Origin: Candidatus Latescibacterota bacterium
Lineage (GTDB): Bacteria > Latescibacterota > UBA2968 > GCA-2709665
Length of the DNA stretch: 64,000 bases
NCBI GenBank assembly: GCA_963667175.2
Contig: CAXXXF010000013.1
Coordinates: forward strand, 1-64,000
Direction: 5' to 3'
Each line of letters begins with the position of its first letter. Within the stretch, counting starts at the first letter, position 1. The notes under the pieces are model-generated. The model had not been told where the DNA came from and searched no databases. It worked only from the letters and a program-made list of their open reading frames with translations. Both the position numbers and the translations under genes were made by a program. Positions 26,837 through 37,773 of this stretch are shown here, piece after piece.

Positions 26837-28846
26837 TTACGGCTGCAGGATCCAGATCCCGCCCACTTTACCGGTGATGCTGTCGATAACGATCCACGTC
26901 CCCAGGCAGACGGCCTCGCCCAGGATGATTCCCATGAAGAACGGCCGGGTCAACCTGTAGAGATTGGCGCCTCCGAACCGCAGCACGAGCGACTTGATTC
27001 CCCAGGCGAGAAACACGCTGAAAAAGTAATGATGCGTATAGGCGATCGTGCTCACCGGCAGCGCCACCGGGTGCAGCGGCCACCACGGGAGCCGCGACCG
27101 GAGCGACGTCAGAACGACGACGACGGCGGCGCCCAGCGCCGTGTATAGAAATCCGGGGTAGAAGACCGGGGTGGGCGAGAGCAGCCGGCGTCCGATGTAT
27201 TCGTCGAACGGAAGCGCGCAGTCGTTGACGTCTCTGAACCAGTAATCCAGGTTGCGGCCACCGTGCTCGTATCCCAGTTGAAGCGTCGTATAGCTTGCGG
27301 TGACGAGGCCAGCCGCAAGCGCTGCCCCCATCGCCAGGACCAGACCCCGCTTGCGTCCGATCTCCCGTGCGAGTCTCAGCGCGCCCGAGGCCCGGGGCAT
27401 CAGCGTATTCAACCGGGTCATCGTCCAGGCGAAGCCGACCCCGAGAGAAGTCAGTCCCGTTGGACCGAACGCCGCTGAACCCACCGCGCACACCACGAAT
27501 TCCGACGGGTTGAGCGGAGAATAGGCGACGGAGTATCCGGTCTCGCTCACGATGCGGGCGAGAACCAGAAAGACGACAAAGCAGAAGAAGCCCAGCAGCA
27601 GGACGAGATGGGGAGAGATGCCCGCCTGATAGAGCCAGCATCCGAGATAGAGCGTCCCCGCAACGATGCCGGCCACGGCGGAGCGGTAGGGAATCACCTC
27701 TTCCGAATCGTCCAGGCGCGACGGCCTGCCCATCGCCCGGTCCCATACCTCCCGCAGATGCCCCCTCGCGATCCACAGACTGTACCCCGCCAGGCCGAGC
27801 ATATAGCCCATGCCCATCATCGCCAGAAAGGCCGATCCCTGCGAACTGTGCCGCCCGACAACCCCGGAAACGCCGTAGGTTTCCGCTCCTACGATGGCCA
27901 GAATTCCGCTGACGCACTTGGCGATGACGTTGAACAGCCAGATGCTCAGGCTCACGTCCGTGTTCACGAAATACGAGTACCCAAGGATCGCGAAATGAAG
28001 ACCGATATGCAAGGGGATCGCGCGGCGAAAGATCCAGATCACCGTTCTCAGCGGAATCCGCGGAAGCGAATAGTAGTATCGCTGAAGGCCGTTCAACAGA
28101 CCGATCAGAAACGGAACCGCGAATCCGGCCCACGTCACCCTGCTGCGGAACAGGGGACCCACCCTTCGGGCGCCCGCCTCGCTCATCTCCAGCGGGACCT
28201 GCATGATGGGAAACGCGAATCGTTCGTGCTCCTCCCACTGCTTCCTCATCAGGACGGCCAGGCAGACGAGCACGACGTAGAGTACGACCAGGAACGACCC
28301 CCAACTCCACGTGGGTACCGCCCAGGCCCACCAGGGCGCCGGGTCGCCGGCGGGTAGACCGTCGTACAGCCCCCTTACGGCGTCCGTATCCAGAATCGAC
28401 AGCCAGGGAAGGGCATAGGGCAACACGGCTTCCAGATGCCGCATCTCCGGCGAGGCATAGTAGGTCACGCCCGTCATGAAGCCCAACAGGGCCTTGGTCA
28501 TCTTCCATGCCGGCATCAGAAACAGCAACGTCACGTAGATGGCCAGCAACTCGCCCCGTCCCAGCGCAAAGCGGCGCTTCAGGGCCGCCGCGAGGGGGTT
28601 CAGGGCCAGGACGAGGACAAAGAAAACGAACAGCACGCCGCGGTCCATGAAGTAATTGCCCATGAAGGGCCCCTGGACGACCATCCGGTTGTGCGTCAGC
28701 GCGACACCCAGGAACACGCAAAGCCCGAGCCCGATCAGGAACGCCCGCAACGTCAGGCCGTCCCGTGAAGACCCGGGTTGATGCTCCGAAGACGCGTGTT
28801 GTTGGTCGGCCCGATTCCCCAGGCGTTGTGCTCGGGAGCCTTCCAC
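26837..28846 (-). CDS. Multi-pass membrane protein, OPT-like putative transporter (DUF6785/DUF6784-like)
   Basis: Many hydrophobic helices; RKQWEEHERFAFPI, WWPLHP, FFMGIILGE motifs. Confidence 0.7.
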   Translation of the reverse strand: MEGSRAQRLGNRADQQHASSEHQPGSSRDGLTLRAFLIGLGLCVFLGVALTHNRMVVQGPFMGNYFMDRGVLFVFFVLVLALNPLAAALKRRFALGRGELLAIYVTLLFLMPAWKMTKALLGFMTGVTYYASPEMRHLEAVLPYALPWLSILDTDAVRGLYDGLPAGDPAPWWAWAVPTWSWGSFLVVLYVVLVCLAVLMRKQWEEHERFAFPIMQVPLEMSEAGARRVGPLFRSRVTWAGFAVPFLIGLLNGLQRYYYSLPRIPLRTVIWIFRRAIPLHIGLHFAILGYSYFVNTDVSLSIWLFNVIAKCVSGILAIVGAETYGVSGVVGRHSSQGSAFLAMMGMGYMLGLAGYSLWIARGHLREVWDRAMGRPSRLDDSEEVIPYRSAVAGIVAGTLYLGCWLYQAGISPHLVLLLGFFCFVVFLVLARIVSETGYSVAYSPLNPSEFVVCAVGSAAFGPTGLTSLGVGFAWTMTRLNTLMPRASGALRLAREIGRKRGLVLAMGAALAAGLVTASYTTLQLGYEHGGRNLDYWFRDVNDCALPFDEYIGRRLLSPTPVFYPGFLYTALGAAVVVVLTSLRSRLPWWPLHPVALPVSTIAYTHHYFFSVFLAWGIKSLVLRFGGANLYRLTRPFFMGIILGEAVCLGTWIVIDSITGKVGGIWILQP

Positions 28847-28872
28847 TCATACTCCTCTTTATGGATGACATA

Positions 28873-29895
28873 TCAGATCTTGGGCGCCATCGCCACGCCG
28901 ATGTGGCGGTAGATACCGGCCCTATCGATGCCCAGCGTGTCGGCGCCGGTTCTATAGAGGGTACCCCAGTCCCTGGCGGAATAGTACATCAGATAGCGGT
29001 CCCCGCCGTCGACGACGCAAGGCGTGGAGGTATACCGCCCGTCGTAGTCGACGGGATCCCGCGTGGCGGCCAGGGCGGGCGTGTCATGGTGGTGGGTCCA
29101 GTCCAGGCCGTCTGCCGACGTGGAGCAGTAGATTTCGAACACGGGGCGAACCAGCGGCGTCTCGGCGCCCGCGTCGATCAACACCTCGCCGTCGGCGGGC
29201 CAGGCCCCGTACCACATGGTGTATCCGTCGCCGTCCTGCATGACGAACGGATAGACCGTTCCCCGGAGCTTCTCGTTGAAGCTGACAGCAGGTTCGGGGT
29301 CCCGGGTCCAGTCGATGCCGTCCGTGGACTCCAATCGATAGATGTGATGGACCAGGTCGTCGAAGCTCCCGTCTGGCGTTGGCAGTGAGTTCATCCACAT
29401 CCGGTAGGCGCCGGGACCGTCCTTGATCACGCACGGACGTCGCCCGCTGGGGTAGATCGGCTCGGGATGCACGTCCCATTTCAGCCCGTCGCGGCTGGTG
29501 GCATACCCCAGCTGCTGCTCGAAGCTCACGAGCCAGGTTGGACCGCCCCGGACAACGGTCGACATGATGAACCACATCTTGAACAGGCCCTCGTCCGCGT
29601 CGAAGATCACGTGGGGCGTCTGCCAGGCGTCGCAGGCGGGCAGATCGTCGCGGGTGAGGATGGGGTTGTCCGGATGCTCGTTCCAGTGGATTCCGTCGTC
29701 CGAATCGGCGAAGCCCACGACCGAATCGTCCGTACGGGTGGCGGTACCGTGAGCGATGTACCACATCATGTACCGGTCCGCGACGCGCAGCACCGTCGGG
29801 TTGTAGAGTTCAACCCGGGACCAGTCCTGTCTGGTGGTCAGGGCCGACAGGACCGGCTCATTTCGTCGCTGCCATTTCAACAGATGCATGGACAT
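28873..29895 (-). CDS. Five-bladed beta-propeller glycoside hydrolase-like protein
   Basis: YNPTV, YMMWY, SDDGIHW..HPDNP, SRDGLKW, STDGIDW, SADGLDW Asp-box repeats. Confidence 0.7.
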   Translation of the reverse strand: MSMHLLKWQRRNEPVLSALTTRQDWSRVELYNPTVLRVADRYMMWYIAHGTATRTDDSVVGFADSDDGIHWNEHPDNPILTRDDLPACDAWQTPHVIFDADEGLFKMWFIMSTVVRGGPTWLVSFEQQLGYATSRDGLKWDVHPEPIYPSGRRPCVIKDGPGAYRMWMNSLPTPDGSFDDLVHHIYRLESTDGIDWTRDPEPAVSFNEKLRGTVYPFVMQDGDGYTMWYGAWPADGEVLIDAGAETPLVRPVFEIYCSTSADGLDWTHHHDTPALAATRDPVDYDGRYTSTPCVVDGGDRYLMYYSARDWGTLYRTGADTLGIDRAGIYRHIGVAMAPKI

Positions 29896-29907
29896 TGATC
29901 GGATCCT

Positions 29908-31122
29908 TTAGAGCCCCGAAAGGGCGCCGGATAGTTCGTCGAGCGAAACGGACTGTTTCCGCAACGGGCGCGAGTCCATCGTACAGGCCGTTTCCCGGTA
30001 TCCGGAGCCGCTGACGATGGCGACGACGACGTCTTCCGGACGGACGCGGCCCGAATCCATCAGGCGGGTGGTTCCGGCCAGGCAGGCGCCCGTGGACGGC
30101 TCCACGAACAACCCTTCCCGCCGTCCGCAGGCCTCCTGGGCGGCCAGTGCCTCGTCGTCTGTTACGGAAACGAAAAACCCCTTCGACGACCGGATGGCCC
30201 GAAGGGCTTCCATGCCGTCGGGGGGGTAGCTGTGGGCAAGCTTTACAAGAATCGAAGGCGGCAGGTTGTCATAGGGCAGCGCCAGGACGTCGTCCCACTG
30301 TTCCAGCCCGCGATCGAAGGCCGCCTCCAGCGCGTTATAGTCTCGCGGGACCACGCCAACCATTCGGGGCAGGGAGTCGATCTGCCCGAGCGCGCGGCAA
30401 TCCCGGAATCCGCGCCAGACCCCTGAAACCGTACCGCCGCCGCCCACGGGAACCACCACCCAGTCCGGCGCGCGCCCCAGTTCCTCCACGATCTCGAAGG
30501 CGATGGTCTTGTTCCCTTCGGACTGGTACGGATTGGATTCCCGGCTGGTGGTGCTCAGATAGAGGCCGTGCGCCCGACAGACGGAAATCACCCCCTCCAC
30601 GATCGGGTCGATCTGCGCGCTCACCTCGAGCAGCACGGCGCCGAGGCCGAACATGGGATAGAGCCGCTCCGGCGGCGTTCCTTCCGTCATCACGACCACG
30701 CTGCGCATTCCGGCCCTGGCCGCCAGGGCGGCGTTCGAGATGCCCGCGCTGCCCGTTGATACAATGACGGAGAGGTCGGCGCCCACGGACTTTGCGTGTG
30801 TGATCGCGACCGAGAGCGAACGGTCCTTGTGGGACCCTGTGGGGTTGCGGGTCTCGTCCTTCAGATAGACCCGGCGTCCGTCGAAGCTCCGCGCGGGAAG
30901 GAGTGGCGTGCCGCCTTCGCCCATGGTGACGGCGCCGTCGGGGCCGGCGACCGGAAGCAGGGGCCAGTAGCGCCACATCGAGCCTTCGAAGCGGTCGTCC
31001 CACTTTACATCGACATAGTTATAGCGAAAACCCAGCGGTCCCCCGCACACACCGCAATTCAAGGCCGCGGCATCGTCCTGATGCGCGGCGCACCTCAGGC
31101 AGTACTTTCGAAATCGACCCAC
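29908..31122 (-). CDS. Threonine synthase-like PLP-dependent enzyme (fold type II)
   Basis: N-terminal CxxC..CxxC, MGEGGTPL, KDETRNPTGSHKDR (PLP Lys), STGSAG, PVGGGG, EGLFVEP. Confidence 0.85.
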   Translation of the reverse strand: MGRFRKYCLRCAAHQDDAAALNCGVCGGPLGFRYNYVDVKWDDRFEGSMWRYWPLLPVAGPDGAVTMGEGGTPLLPARSFDGRRVYLKDETRNPTGSHKDRSLSVAITHAKSVGADLSVIVSTGSAGISNAALAARAGMRSVVVMTEGTPPERLYPMFGLGAVLLEVSAQIDPIVEGVISVCRAHGLYLSTTSRESNPYQSEGNKTIAFEIVEELGRAPDWVVVPVGGGGTVSGVWRGFRDCRALGQIDSLPRMVGVVPRDYNALEAAFDRGLEQWDDVLALPYDNLPPSILVKLAHSYPPDGMEALRAIRSSKGFFVSVTDDEALAAQEACGRREGLFVEPSTGACLAGTTRLMDSGRVRPEDVVVAIVSGSGYRETACTMDSRPLRKQSVSLDELSGALSGL

Positions 31123-31209
31123 GGCTCGCCCCTGACCGCCACTTAACCTCTTTAATTCAAATTTTTCGCGTGTTTGTCGTTGCTTATGCTATTTCCCAAG
31201 TAGCTTTAC

Positions 31210-31247
31210 AAAAAGAAATGGCAATCCCGGGGGACCGCCATTTCTTT
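31210..31247 (-). terminator. Bidirectional rho-independent terminator after the PorV-family gene
   Basis: AAAAGAAATGGC...GCCATTTCTTTT inverted repeat with T tracts on both strands. Confidence 0.75.
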
Positions 31248-31271
31248 TCCCTAACGATTACACGTGAAGCC

Positions 31272-32225
31272 TCAGAACGCGCCGCTCAGCGTGAACCGAA
31301 GCGGAGCATCCAGGTATGCGCCGAAGTCGCTGTACGCGACGTCGGCCTGCACCATCCGTCCGTTCGGCATCGAGAATTTCAATCCCGCCCCGACCGTCCA
31401 TGACTCTTCGTCGAAGTTCGCCTTGTAGCCCGCCCGGAGCGCAAAGTTGTTCTGAAGCCAGAGTTCGCCGCCGAACCGGTACTGCGGGTCTGCGAAATCC
31501 GTGGCGTACGTGTTTTCAAAGGTCGCCGTGATATAGGTCGGGTCGCCCACGGCGCCGACAATTTCCATTGCCGCGGCCGTGCTGAAGGCAACCGGCATTT
31601 TTCTGACGTCATCGATCACCTTGACGTCCTTGCCCATGTTCTCGAAGGTCATGCCGAGACGCAGGCTTCTGAACCCGGTGTAGAAAAAGGTGGATACGCC
31701 CACGTCCCACGCGGTCAGCCGGTCGGTGTCCAGCGTCTGCTGCGTCCAGCGGAACATCGAGCCGACGGAGAGTTTGTCCGTCAGTTTCCTGGCGTAGACC
31801 ACACCCAGCGAGAGATCGCCCATATCAGGGCGCCGTCCGGTCCCGGTGGGCTGGAAAATGGTCGTCTCTTCGAACTCGTGTGGGCTGAAGGTCACCACGT
31901 TAATTCCCAGAACGCCGTGCGCCGTGTTGTAGGCCATTCCACCCGTAAGGATGGGGTCGCCCATCAGCCACCGGGTGTATCCGAGCGTAAACGCGCCACG
32001 CTCGATATGCGTGAGACCCGCCGGATTCGAAAAGATAGCATCGATATTGTCCGATACGGCCACAAACGCTCCGCCCATACCGGCCATTCGCGCTCCGTGA
32101 TCGATCTTCAGAACAGGGAGGACCATCCGCGCCAACCGCCGCTGGTCCTGGGCATCCGCCGCCCGCGGGTAGAGCAGGGCGCAGATCACCGCCGCTGTCA
32201 GTCCGATCCACAACGTCCGTTTCAT
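31272..32225 (-). CDS. PorV/PorQ-family (UPF0164-like) outer membrane beta-barrel
   Basis: Signal peptide; GARMAGMGGAFVAVSD..AIFSNPAGL; ALRAGY; C-terminal Phe. Confidence 0.82.
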   Translation of the reverse strand: MKRTLWIGLTAAVICALLYPRAADAQDQRRLARMVLPVLKIDHGARMAGMGGAFVAVSDNIDAIFSNPAGLTHIERGAFTLGYTRWLMGDPILTGGMAYNTAHGVLGINVVTFSPHEFEETTIFQPTGTGRRPDMGDLSLGVVYARKLTDKLSVGSMFRWTQQTLDTDRLTAWDVGVSTFFYTGFRSLRLGMTFENMGKDVKVIDDVRKMPVAFSTAAAMEIVGAVGDPTYITATFENTYATDFADPQYRFGGELWLQNNFALRAGYKANFDEESWTVGAGLKFSMPNGRMVQADVAYSDFGAYLDAPLRFTLSGAF

Positions 32226-32284
32226 CGCGTCATCTCCTTGAGTTTCAGTATGGACCTGAGCCGAGCAGAAATAGAGATCTGCCC

Positions 32285-34561
32285 CTACTTGATGATCATC
32301 AACGTGCCCCGCTGCGTCCGGCCCGCGCTCCCCGGCATCTGGGATTCGACGATCCAGTAGTAGACGCCGGCGGGCACGTCCCCGCCGCGCGAATGGGGGA
32401 TCTGGTCCCATCCGGCTTCGCCCCGGGCGGGGTCGTTGTGTTCAATCAGGGCGGCAAGCTCGCCCGCCACGGTGTAGATTCGGATCGTGCATTTTTGCGG
32501 GACATTCGTAAACCGTATCAGACCCGCGGACGGGTAATTGTGGGCGCCGTCCACTTTGTGCGGATTGGGTACGACGATGACGTCCCGCGCCAACTGGTCC
32601 GCCGAGGCGTTGGCCGGCACGAAGGGAACGCTGGTCATAACGCCGCCCGCCCACTGCTCGGGCGCGCTGTTGCCGCCCTCCATGGAGGGAATGGCCATCC
32701 CGGTACCGTTCCAGTCGTCGTGCCCGGAGTCGTAGGCGGCCACGCGGTAGGTGTACTCGAAACCCGCCACGGACTTCCGGTCCTCAATCTGGTAGACGCC
32801 GCCGCTGTAGTACTCCGGGTCCTTCAGCGGAATTTCGGCCATCAGCTTCCAGTCGTCGATTTTATATTCCGAGCGGTAGGCCCGGTAGCCCACGATGTCC
32901 TGCGCCTCGGCGCCCGTGTAGTCCGGGTCGGTCGCGTCGTCGCCCGCGTCGGTCCACTTGATCAGGTTGAATCCGTCGACTGAAGCGGTCACCTCAGTCT
33001 TTACGTCAGGCGGGGGATCGGGCAGATCGTAGTTCCACCTGAAGGCGTCGGCGGCGGCCTTGTGGTGTTTGAGCAGGTTGTTCATGGGCTTGTCCGACAA
33101 CATATCTTCCTGTCGGCTCTGCTTGGCCCAACCATAGATATTCTCCTCCACCGGTGCGGCCGCGACCAGGGCGTAGACGATTCTCACCTTGTCACCCGGC
33201 GCCAGGTCGTACGGCCCGTAGGCGAAGGACGCAACGAGCCCGTCTATCGTGGTGGGATTGTCCATGATGAATGGCGCGGGACTCGTCAGTTCGTTGTAGA
33301 TTTGCTCGGAACTCCTGTTCTCGGATCCGGGTTCCGAGAAATCGGTGCGGTCCCGGTAGTCCCACCACTTGACGGTATGAGGCTGGTCGGCCACCCGCGG
33401 CGCGACAAAGCTTGCGTCTCCGCCGGTGTCGAACGTAAAGGTCGAGGCATCGTTGGCCGACCCGGGCGTGTACGCCAGCGGGGCGGCGCCGATGTACTGG
33501 AAGGCCCCCATCTCCCCCTCGATCTTCGTCTGCTTGAGACAGCACTGGTGCCAGCTCGAATGCGCGCGTTCCTCACTATATGGTTTGCCGACGTCGTTTC
33601 CCGGCAGGTCGGGATTCTCCCCGTCGAAGGCGTACCACATCTTGAGCCCCAACGCGTCGCCCGGCCCGTCGAAGTTGGCCGCTTCCGTGTATTTGTACCA
33701 GTCGTCCAGTGCGATCGGAATGGTGCGCCGGAAGAACGAATCCCCCGCATAGTGGGCCTGGCCGCACTGGGAGGCGTAAAAGCGGGTGGAGAAGATCAGA
33801 AACGTATCGTTCAGTTGCAGCCCACCGCCTCCGAGGTCGGCCACGCCGTCGCCGTCGGAGTCTCCGGTATTCTCAAACGTATATTCCAGAATCTGGAAGT
33901 CGTCGAAGTCCGGATAGCTCCATGCGTAAGACTTCTTGGTTACGGTGATGCCGTTCTTCGTCGTCCATTTGCTGACGATAATGCTTTCCGGGAAATTGTC
34001 CTTGTCGGCCTCCATATATTCGCTGTACCGGTAATTGTGGATCTCCACCGGCGAACCGGGCCCCGGCGCGGGCTGCCCCGACCACCAATTGGCCATCACG
34101 GGACCGAGGGGCGACACCTTCCGGTAGCCGATATTGCTCTCCGGCCCCTGCGAAGGATCGTAGGCCATCGGGACCACGTCCTCCGATTCAAGCGTGGCCT
34201 TCGACTCGGAAACGTGGTAATCGCCTCCGACCCGTGTCGCGATGAACTGGTTCCAGCCGGGCATGGTGCCGCACAATTCGTTGTAGTAGACCACCCACTC
34301 GGACCGGACGCCCCAGCGCCGGGTGCCCCAGTAGTCCACGAATTCCTGTGGGAACTGCACCCAGAACCTTCCCGGATAAGACATGCCGACGGGCCGGTAC
34401 CAGCTCATCGGCGTGGCGGCGCGCACGCCCTGTGTGCCCGAGTTCCAGTAGATGTCCCACACCTTCGCACGGGACTGGACCCGGAGTTCCGCATCTCCGG
34501 CGCTCGCGAACACCTGGGTCATGACCAGGAGTGCGATCGCCCGTAACATTTTCTTTTTCAT
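32285..34561 (-). CDS. Secreted protein with FnIII-like domain and T9SS-CTD/FlgD-like C-terminus
   Basis: Signal peptide MKKKML...; PDPPP..GYRAYRS..YTYRVAAYD; C-terminal VIVVPNP...IRFTNVP...IRIYTVAGE...W...GVYY...TLMIIK. Confidence 0.75.
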   Translation of the reverse strand: MKKKMLRAIALLVMTQVFASAGDAELRVQSRAKVWDIYWNSGTQGVRAATPMSWYRPVGMSYPGRFWVQFPQEFVDYWGTRRWGVRSEWVVYYNELCGTMPGWNQFIATRVGGDYHVSESKATLESEDVVPMAYDPSQGPESNIGYRKVSPLGPVMANWWSGQPAPGPGSPVEIHNYRYSEYMEADKDNFPESIIVSKWTTKNGITVTKKSYAWSYPDFDDFQILEYTFENTGDSDGDGVADLGGGGLQLNDTFLIFSTRFYASQCGQAHYAGDSFFRRTIPIALDDWYKYTEAANFDGPGDALGLKMWYAFDGENPDLPGNDVGKPYSEERAHSSWHQCCLKQTKIEGEMGAFQYIGAAPLAYTPGSANDASTFTFDTGGDASFVAPRVADQPHTVKWWDYRDRTDFSEPGSENRSSEQIYNELTSPAPFIMDNPTTIDGLVASFAYGPYDLAPGDKVRIVYALVAAAPVEENIYGWAKQSRQEDMLSDKPMNNLLKHHKAAADAFRWNYDLPDPPPDVKTEVTASVDGFNLIKWTDAGDDATDPDYTGAEAQDIVGYRAYRSEYKIDDWKLMAEIPLKDPEYYSGGVYQIEDRKSVAGFEYTYRVAAYDSGHDDWNGTGMAIPSMEGGNSAPEQWAGGVMTSVPFVPANASADQLARDVIVVPNPHKVDGAHNYPSAGLIRFTNVPQKCTIRIYTVAGELAALIEHNDPARGEAGWDQIPHSRGGDVPAGVYYWIVESQMPGSAGRTQRGTLMIIK

Positions 34562-34626
34562 CACCTTAACCTCCTCAAAAATGCCAACTGGGTTCAGGTT
34601 CTCCACTTCGGGAGGGTTCGCTCACG

Positions 34627-37600
34627 TCAGAAGCTCAACCTGATTCCCACGTGCGTAATCCGGGGATTGCCGATATAGCGGGAGCGGTCTGAAACGTCCC
34701 CGTAATTCAGGTAAGTCGCGTCGTCGGGCCTGGGCTGCTGGAGCCCCCACCACATGTAGTCCGTTCCGGTGATGCCGCTGGCGTCCTGCTGGTTGAACAG
34801 GTTGAACACTTCCACGAACACGTCGGCGTTCACGTCCCCAAAGCGGAAGTGCTTCTGCAGGTTGAGGTCGGCTTCCGTGTGCAAGGGCCGTCTCGCCGGG
34901 GTGTTGGCTCCGGTCAGCTTGATGTAATTGAACTTGCTGCCCGTGTAGATCCGGTAGATCAGGTTGGCGTTGATGCCGCCGAACAGCGTGGCGCCCGCGT
35001 ACTGCGCGCCCGGACCGTAGTCGAGCGGGGACGCGAAGAACATCTGAAGGCTGCCCTGGCTGCGGCGTCCGCGCGTGAAGATATTGCCGGTACTGAACCA
35101 GAGCTTCTGGAACCAGATGCCCTGAAGGTATTGCCTCGCTTCGTCCGTAAGACCCTCGACTTCCCACGCCGGCTGGACCGGACCTGCGCCGCCGCTGGTG
35201 AGAAAGGCATCAACATTCTCCCGGACCTTTTGCAGGTTCTCTTCCGCCTTGTCGCCGAGCGTCTTGATTTCTTCGGCCGTAAGCGGGACCGGTTCCCTTC
35301 GGCCGCCCGCGGCCCGCCATTCCTTGTGATACTTTCCGCTGGCGATGAAACTCCGGTCGGGATAGACCAGGACGCTGGCAACCGACTCGAGGTCGCCCAG
35401 CCAGTGGATGGCTTCCAGCCACTCCAGGTTCATCGCGGCGCGGAACGAGAAATAGTTGCTGAAGCCCTTTCGCATGCTGAACTCGAAACCCTTGACGTCT
35501 TCCGTCCGTTCGGAACCGTACGTGCCCCCGATGGCGCCCGTCCTGCCCGTGACCGGATCGACGGCGTCGTGCCAGATGCCGGTGCTCTGCAGGTGGCCGC
35601 TCTTGTAGAACGCCGCCAGAGAGAAGACATAGTCGCTTACGAAGTTCCAGTCGGTACCCACCTCGAAACTGTTCGTGGGGTGGCCGTGGTCCCAGACCGG
35701 GCTGATGACGTTGGCGCCGTAGCTTTCGTCTTTCGCGTTGAAATGACTCCACGGGACGCCCGGAATCCCCACCGGACCGGAAGCCGTTTCCCAGTGGCTG
35801 CCGAACTGCTGGCGGAAGGACGGGAGCATCATGAACCGGCCGTAGTAGAAGTGCATGCTGGATCTGGCCGTGATGGGGTGCGAGATTCCCAGCCTCGGGC
35901 TCCATCCTTCTATGGTCCGCATGGGTCCCGTGGGCGCCTGGATGAACGTATCCATTGCGTTGTACCACCCCGACGTGAACGACGGCAGCAACTGAACGTC
36001 CTGACCCCACATGCGGTCGTAGCGCAAGCCGACGTTGACGATCAGCCCCTCAAACTCCATTTTGTCCTGGACGTAGGCGCCGAACTGTTTTGGCGTCACG
36101 GCCTCGCCGGGTTCGGGCTGCCCGATGTAACGGATATCCCGTTTCGCGTCGCCGGGCGTCATGCCGGTCCACGTCCACCAGTTCTCGAACGTCATGAACT
36201 CGAAGCCGGTCTTGGCGAAATGGCCCCGCGTCATCTGGCTGGACAGGTCGGCTTTCAGGCCGAAACGGTTCTGCTCGCCCACCTTGAATGCCCAAACGTC
36301 TTCCCGGCCGATGTAGAAATATCCTTCGCTGTCGGTCCTGACGGCCGTGGTTTTGTTCCCCACTCCGCTCGTGTCCGTTCGGCTTCCATAGCGCGATACG
36401 CTCACTTCGTAGAACGTTCTGGGACTGATGGTGTGGGTGATCACGCCGTAGATCATGTTGTCCGTCTGTTTTTCCTCACCTGCGACCGATCCATCGGGAA
36501 TGAAGAGGTCGCGTCCCGGACCCCGGATGACGTTCGGAAAGCTGTACCTGGAGAGGCGGCCGTTGTTGATACCCTCCGAGAAGTCGTACATCCATCCGAT
36601 CCGCAACTTCATGTTCGACCCGGCCGGGACCGTCAGCTTTGCCGTGGTCCTCAGATTTGCCGGCCGGGTGCGCCACGGGCCGGGAAGCACAGCGGCGTCG
36701 CGCAGGTGCCGGGCGCTGGCGAAGAAGGACGACTGCCCGAACAGCGGTCCGCTCAGAAAGCCATCCAGGTAGTGGCCGCGCCAATCTGTATAATTGGTAC
36801 GCGGGTGGACCAGATTTCCCGTCTCCGGGTCCACCTCGGACGTCCACGACGGATCGTTCCACTTCGCGTTTCCACGCAACTCCGGCGCATCGTAGACGTT
36901 CTCGCCCCAGTGCTTCTTACCGGCGGGCGTCATACGATACTCCGCCTCGCCGTGATATTGCGCCCCGCCGTCGCGCGTAACGATCTGGATGACGCCGGCC
37001 TGCGCGTTTCCGTACTCGGCGTTCATCCCGCCCGTGATGACGGAGACCTCCTGCACCGCCTTCAAGTTGACGCCGTACCACTGTCTCTCGCCGCCGTCGC
37101 CCCATCCGCCGCCGATACCGCGCCCGTCTCTGCCGGACACGGGAACGCCGTCCACGTAGACGACGTTGTGGCTTGCCACCCAGCCCCGGATCGCGCCGCT
37201 GCCGTCAACGGCATAGCCCGGCTCCAGCTCCAGGACCTCGGTGACGTTTCTCAGAATGGGCGTTCGCTCGATCTCCTCGGCGGTCACGACGTAACGGCTG
37301 TCCGTCTTGTCGGGATCCACCGGCGGTCTCTCGGCGACCACCACCATTTCTTCCAGTTCCAACTCGGTTTCACGAAGCTGAAAGTCGACCGTCGTCGTGA
37401 AGTCCACCCGTATGCCTACCTGCTCTTTGACCACAGAGTGATACCCCACCATGGATGCAGTCAACTTGTACTGGCCGGGCGTTACGGAGACGATCACGTA
37501 GAATCCGTCCGCGTCGGTCGTTCCACCCAGCCGGATTTCCTCGATTGCGACACTCGCCCCCGGCAGGGGTTCGCCCTTCTCGTCCGTCACGCGACCGACG

Positions 37601-37695
37601 ATCTTGCCGGTTGTCGCGGCCATTATCGCGTCCGCGGCAAAGAACACGGCGAACAGCACGACCACAGCGCCCGTCAAAAATCTGAGCCTGCACAT
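34627..37695 (-). CDS. TonB-dependent receptor with N-terminal carboxypeptidase-regulatory-like domain
   Basis: GKIVGRVTDEKGEPLPGA; plug motif ITGGMNAEYGNAQAGVI; YVQDKMEF; NVGLRYD; SPRLGISHP; FNLFN; terminal F. Confidence 0.92.
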   Translation of the reverse strand: MCRLRFLTGAVVVLFAVFFAADAIMAATTGKIVGRVTDEKGEPLPGASVAIEEIRLGGTTDADGFYVIVSVTPGQYKLTASMVGYHSVVKEQVGIRVDFTTTVDFQLRETELELEEMVVVAERPPVDPDKTDSRYVVTAEEIERTPILRNVTEVLELEPGYAVDGSGAIRGWVASHNVVYVDGVPVSGRDGRGIGGGWGDGGERQWYGVNLKAVQEVSVITGGMNAEYGNAQAGVIQIVTRDGGAQYHGEAEYRMTPAGKKHWGENVYDAPELRGNAKWNDPSWTSEVDPETGNLVHPRTNYTDWRGHYLDGFLSGPLFGQSSFFASARHLRDAAVLPGPWRTRPANLRTTAKLTVPAGSNMKLRIGWMYDFSEGINNGRLSRYSFPNVIRGPGRDLFIPDGSVAGEEKQTDNMIYGVITHTISPRTFYEVSVSRYGSRTDTSGVGNKTTAVRTDSEGYFYIGREDVWAFKVGEQNRFGLKADLSSQMTRGHFAKTGFEFMTFENWWTWTGMTPGDAKRDIRYIGQPEPGEAVTPKQFGAYVQDKMEFEGLIVNVGLRYDRMWGQDVQLLPSFTSGWYNAMDTFIQAPTGPMRTIEGWSPRLGISHPITARSSMHFYYGRFMMLPSFRQQFGSHWETASGPVGIPGVPWSHFNAKDESYGANVISPVWDHGHPTNSFEVGTDWNFVSDYVFSLAAFYKSGHLQSTGIWHDAVDPVTGRTGAIGGTYGSERTEDVKGFEFSMRKGFSNYFSFRAAMNLEWLEAIHWLGDLESVASVLVYPDRSFIASGKYHKEWRAAGGRREPVPLTAEEIKTLGDKAEENLQKVRENVDAFLTSGGAGPVQPAWEVEGLTDEARQYLQGIWFQKLWFSTGNIFTRGRRSQGSLQMFFASPLDYGPGAQYAGATLFGGINANLIYRIYTGSKFNYIKLTGANTPARRPLHTEADLNLQKHFRFGDVNADVFVEVFNLFNQQDASGITGTDYMWWGLQQPRPDDATYLNYGDVSDRSRYIGNPRITHVGIRLSF

Positions 37696-37773
37696 GGTTC
37701 CTCCTTTTCGCGGCGTTTGTTTCACTTGCATGACGTTCCAACTGAAGACCAGCGGGCTACCAAGCCTGCCTGG

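Noticed and set aside
26868-28871. Second 667-aa minus-strand ORF over the membrane protein
   Set aside because: Alternate frame, low complexity; the hydrophobic frame 26837-28846 has the family motifs.
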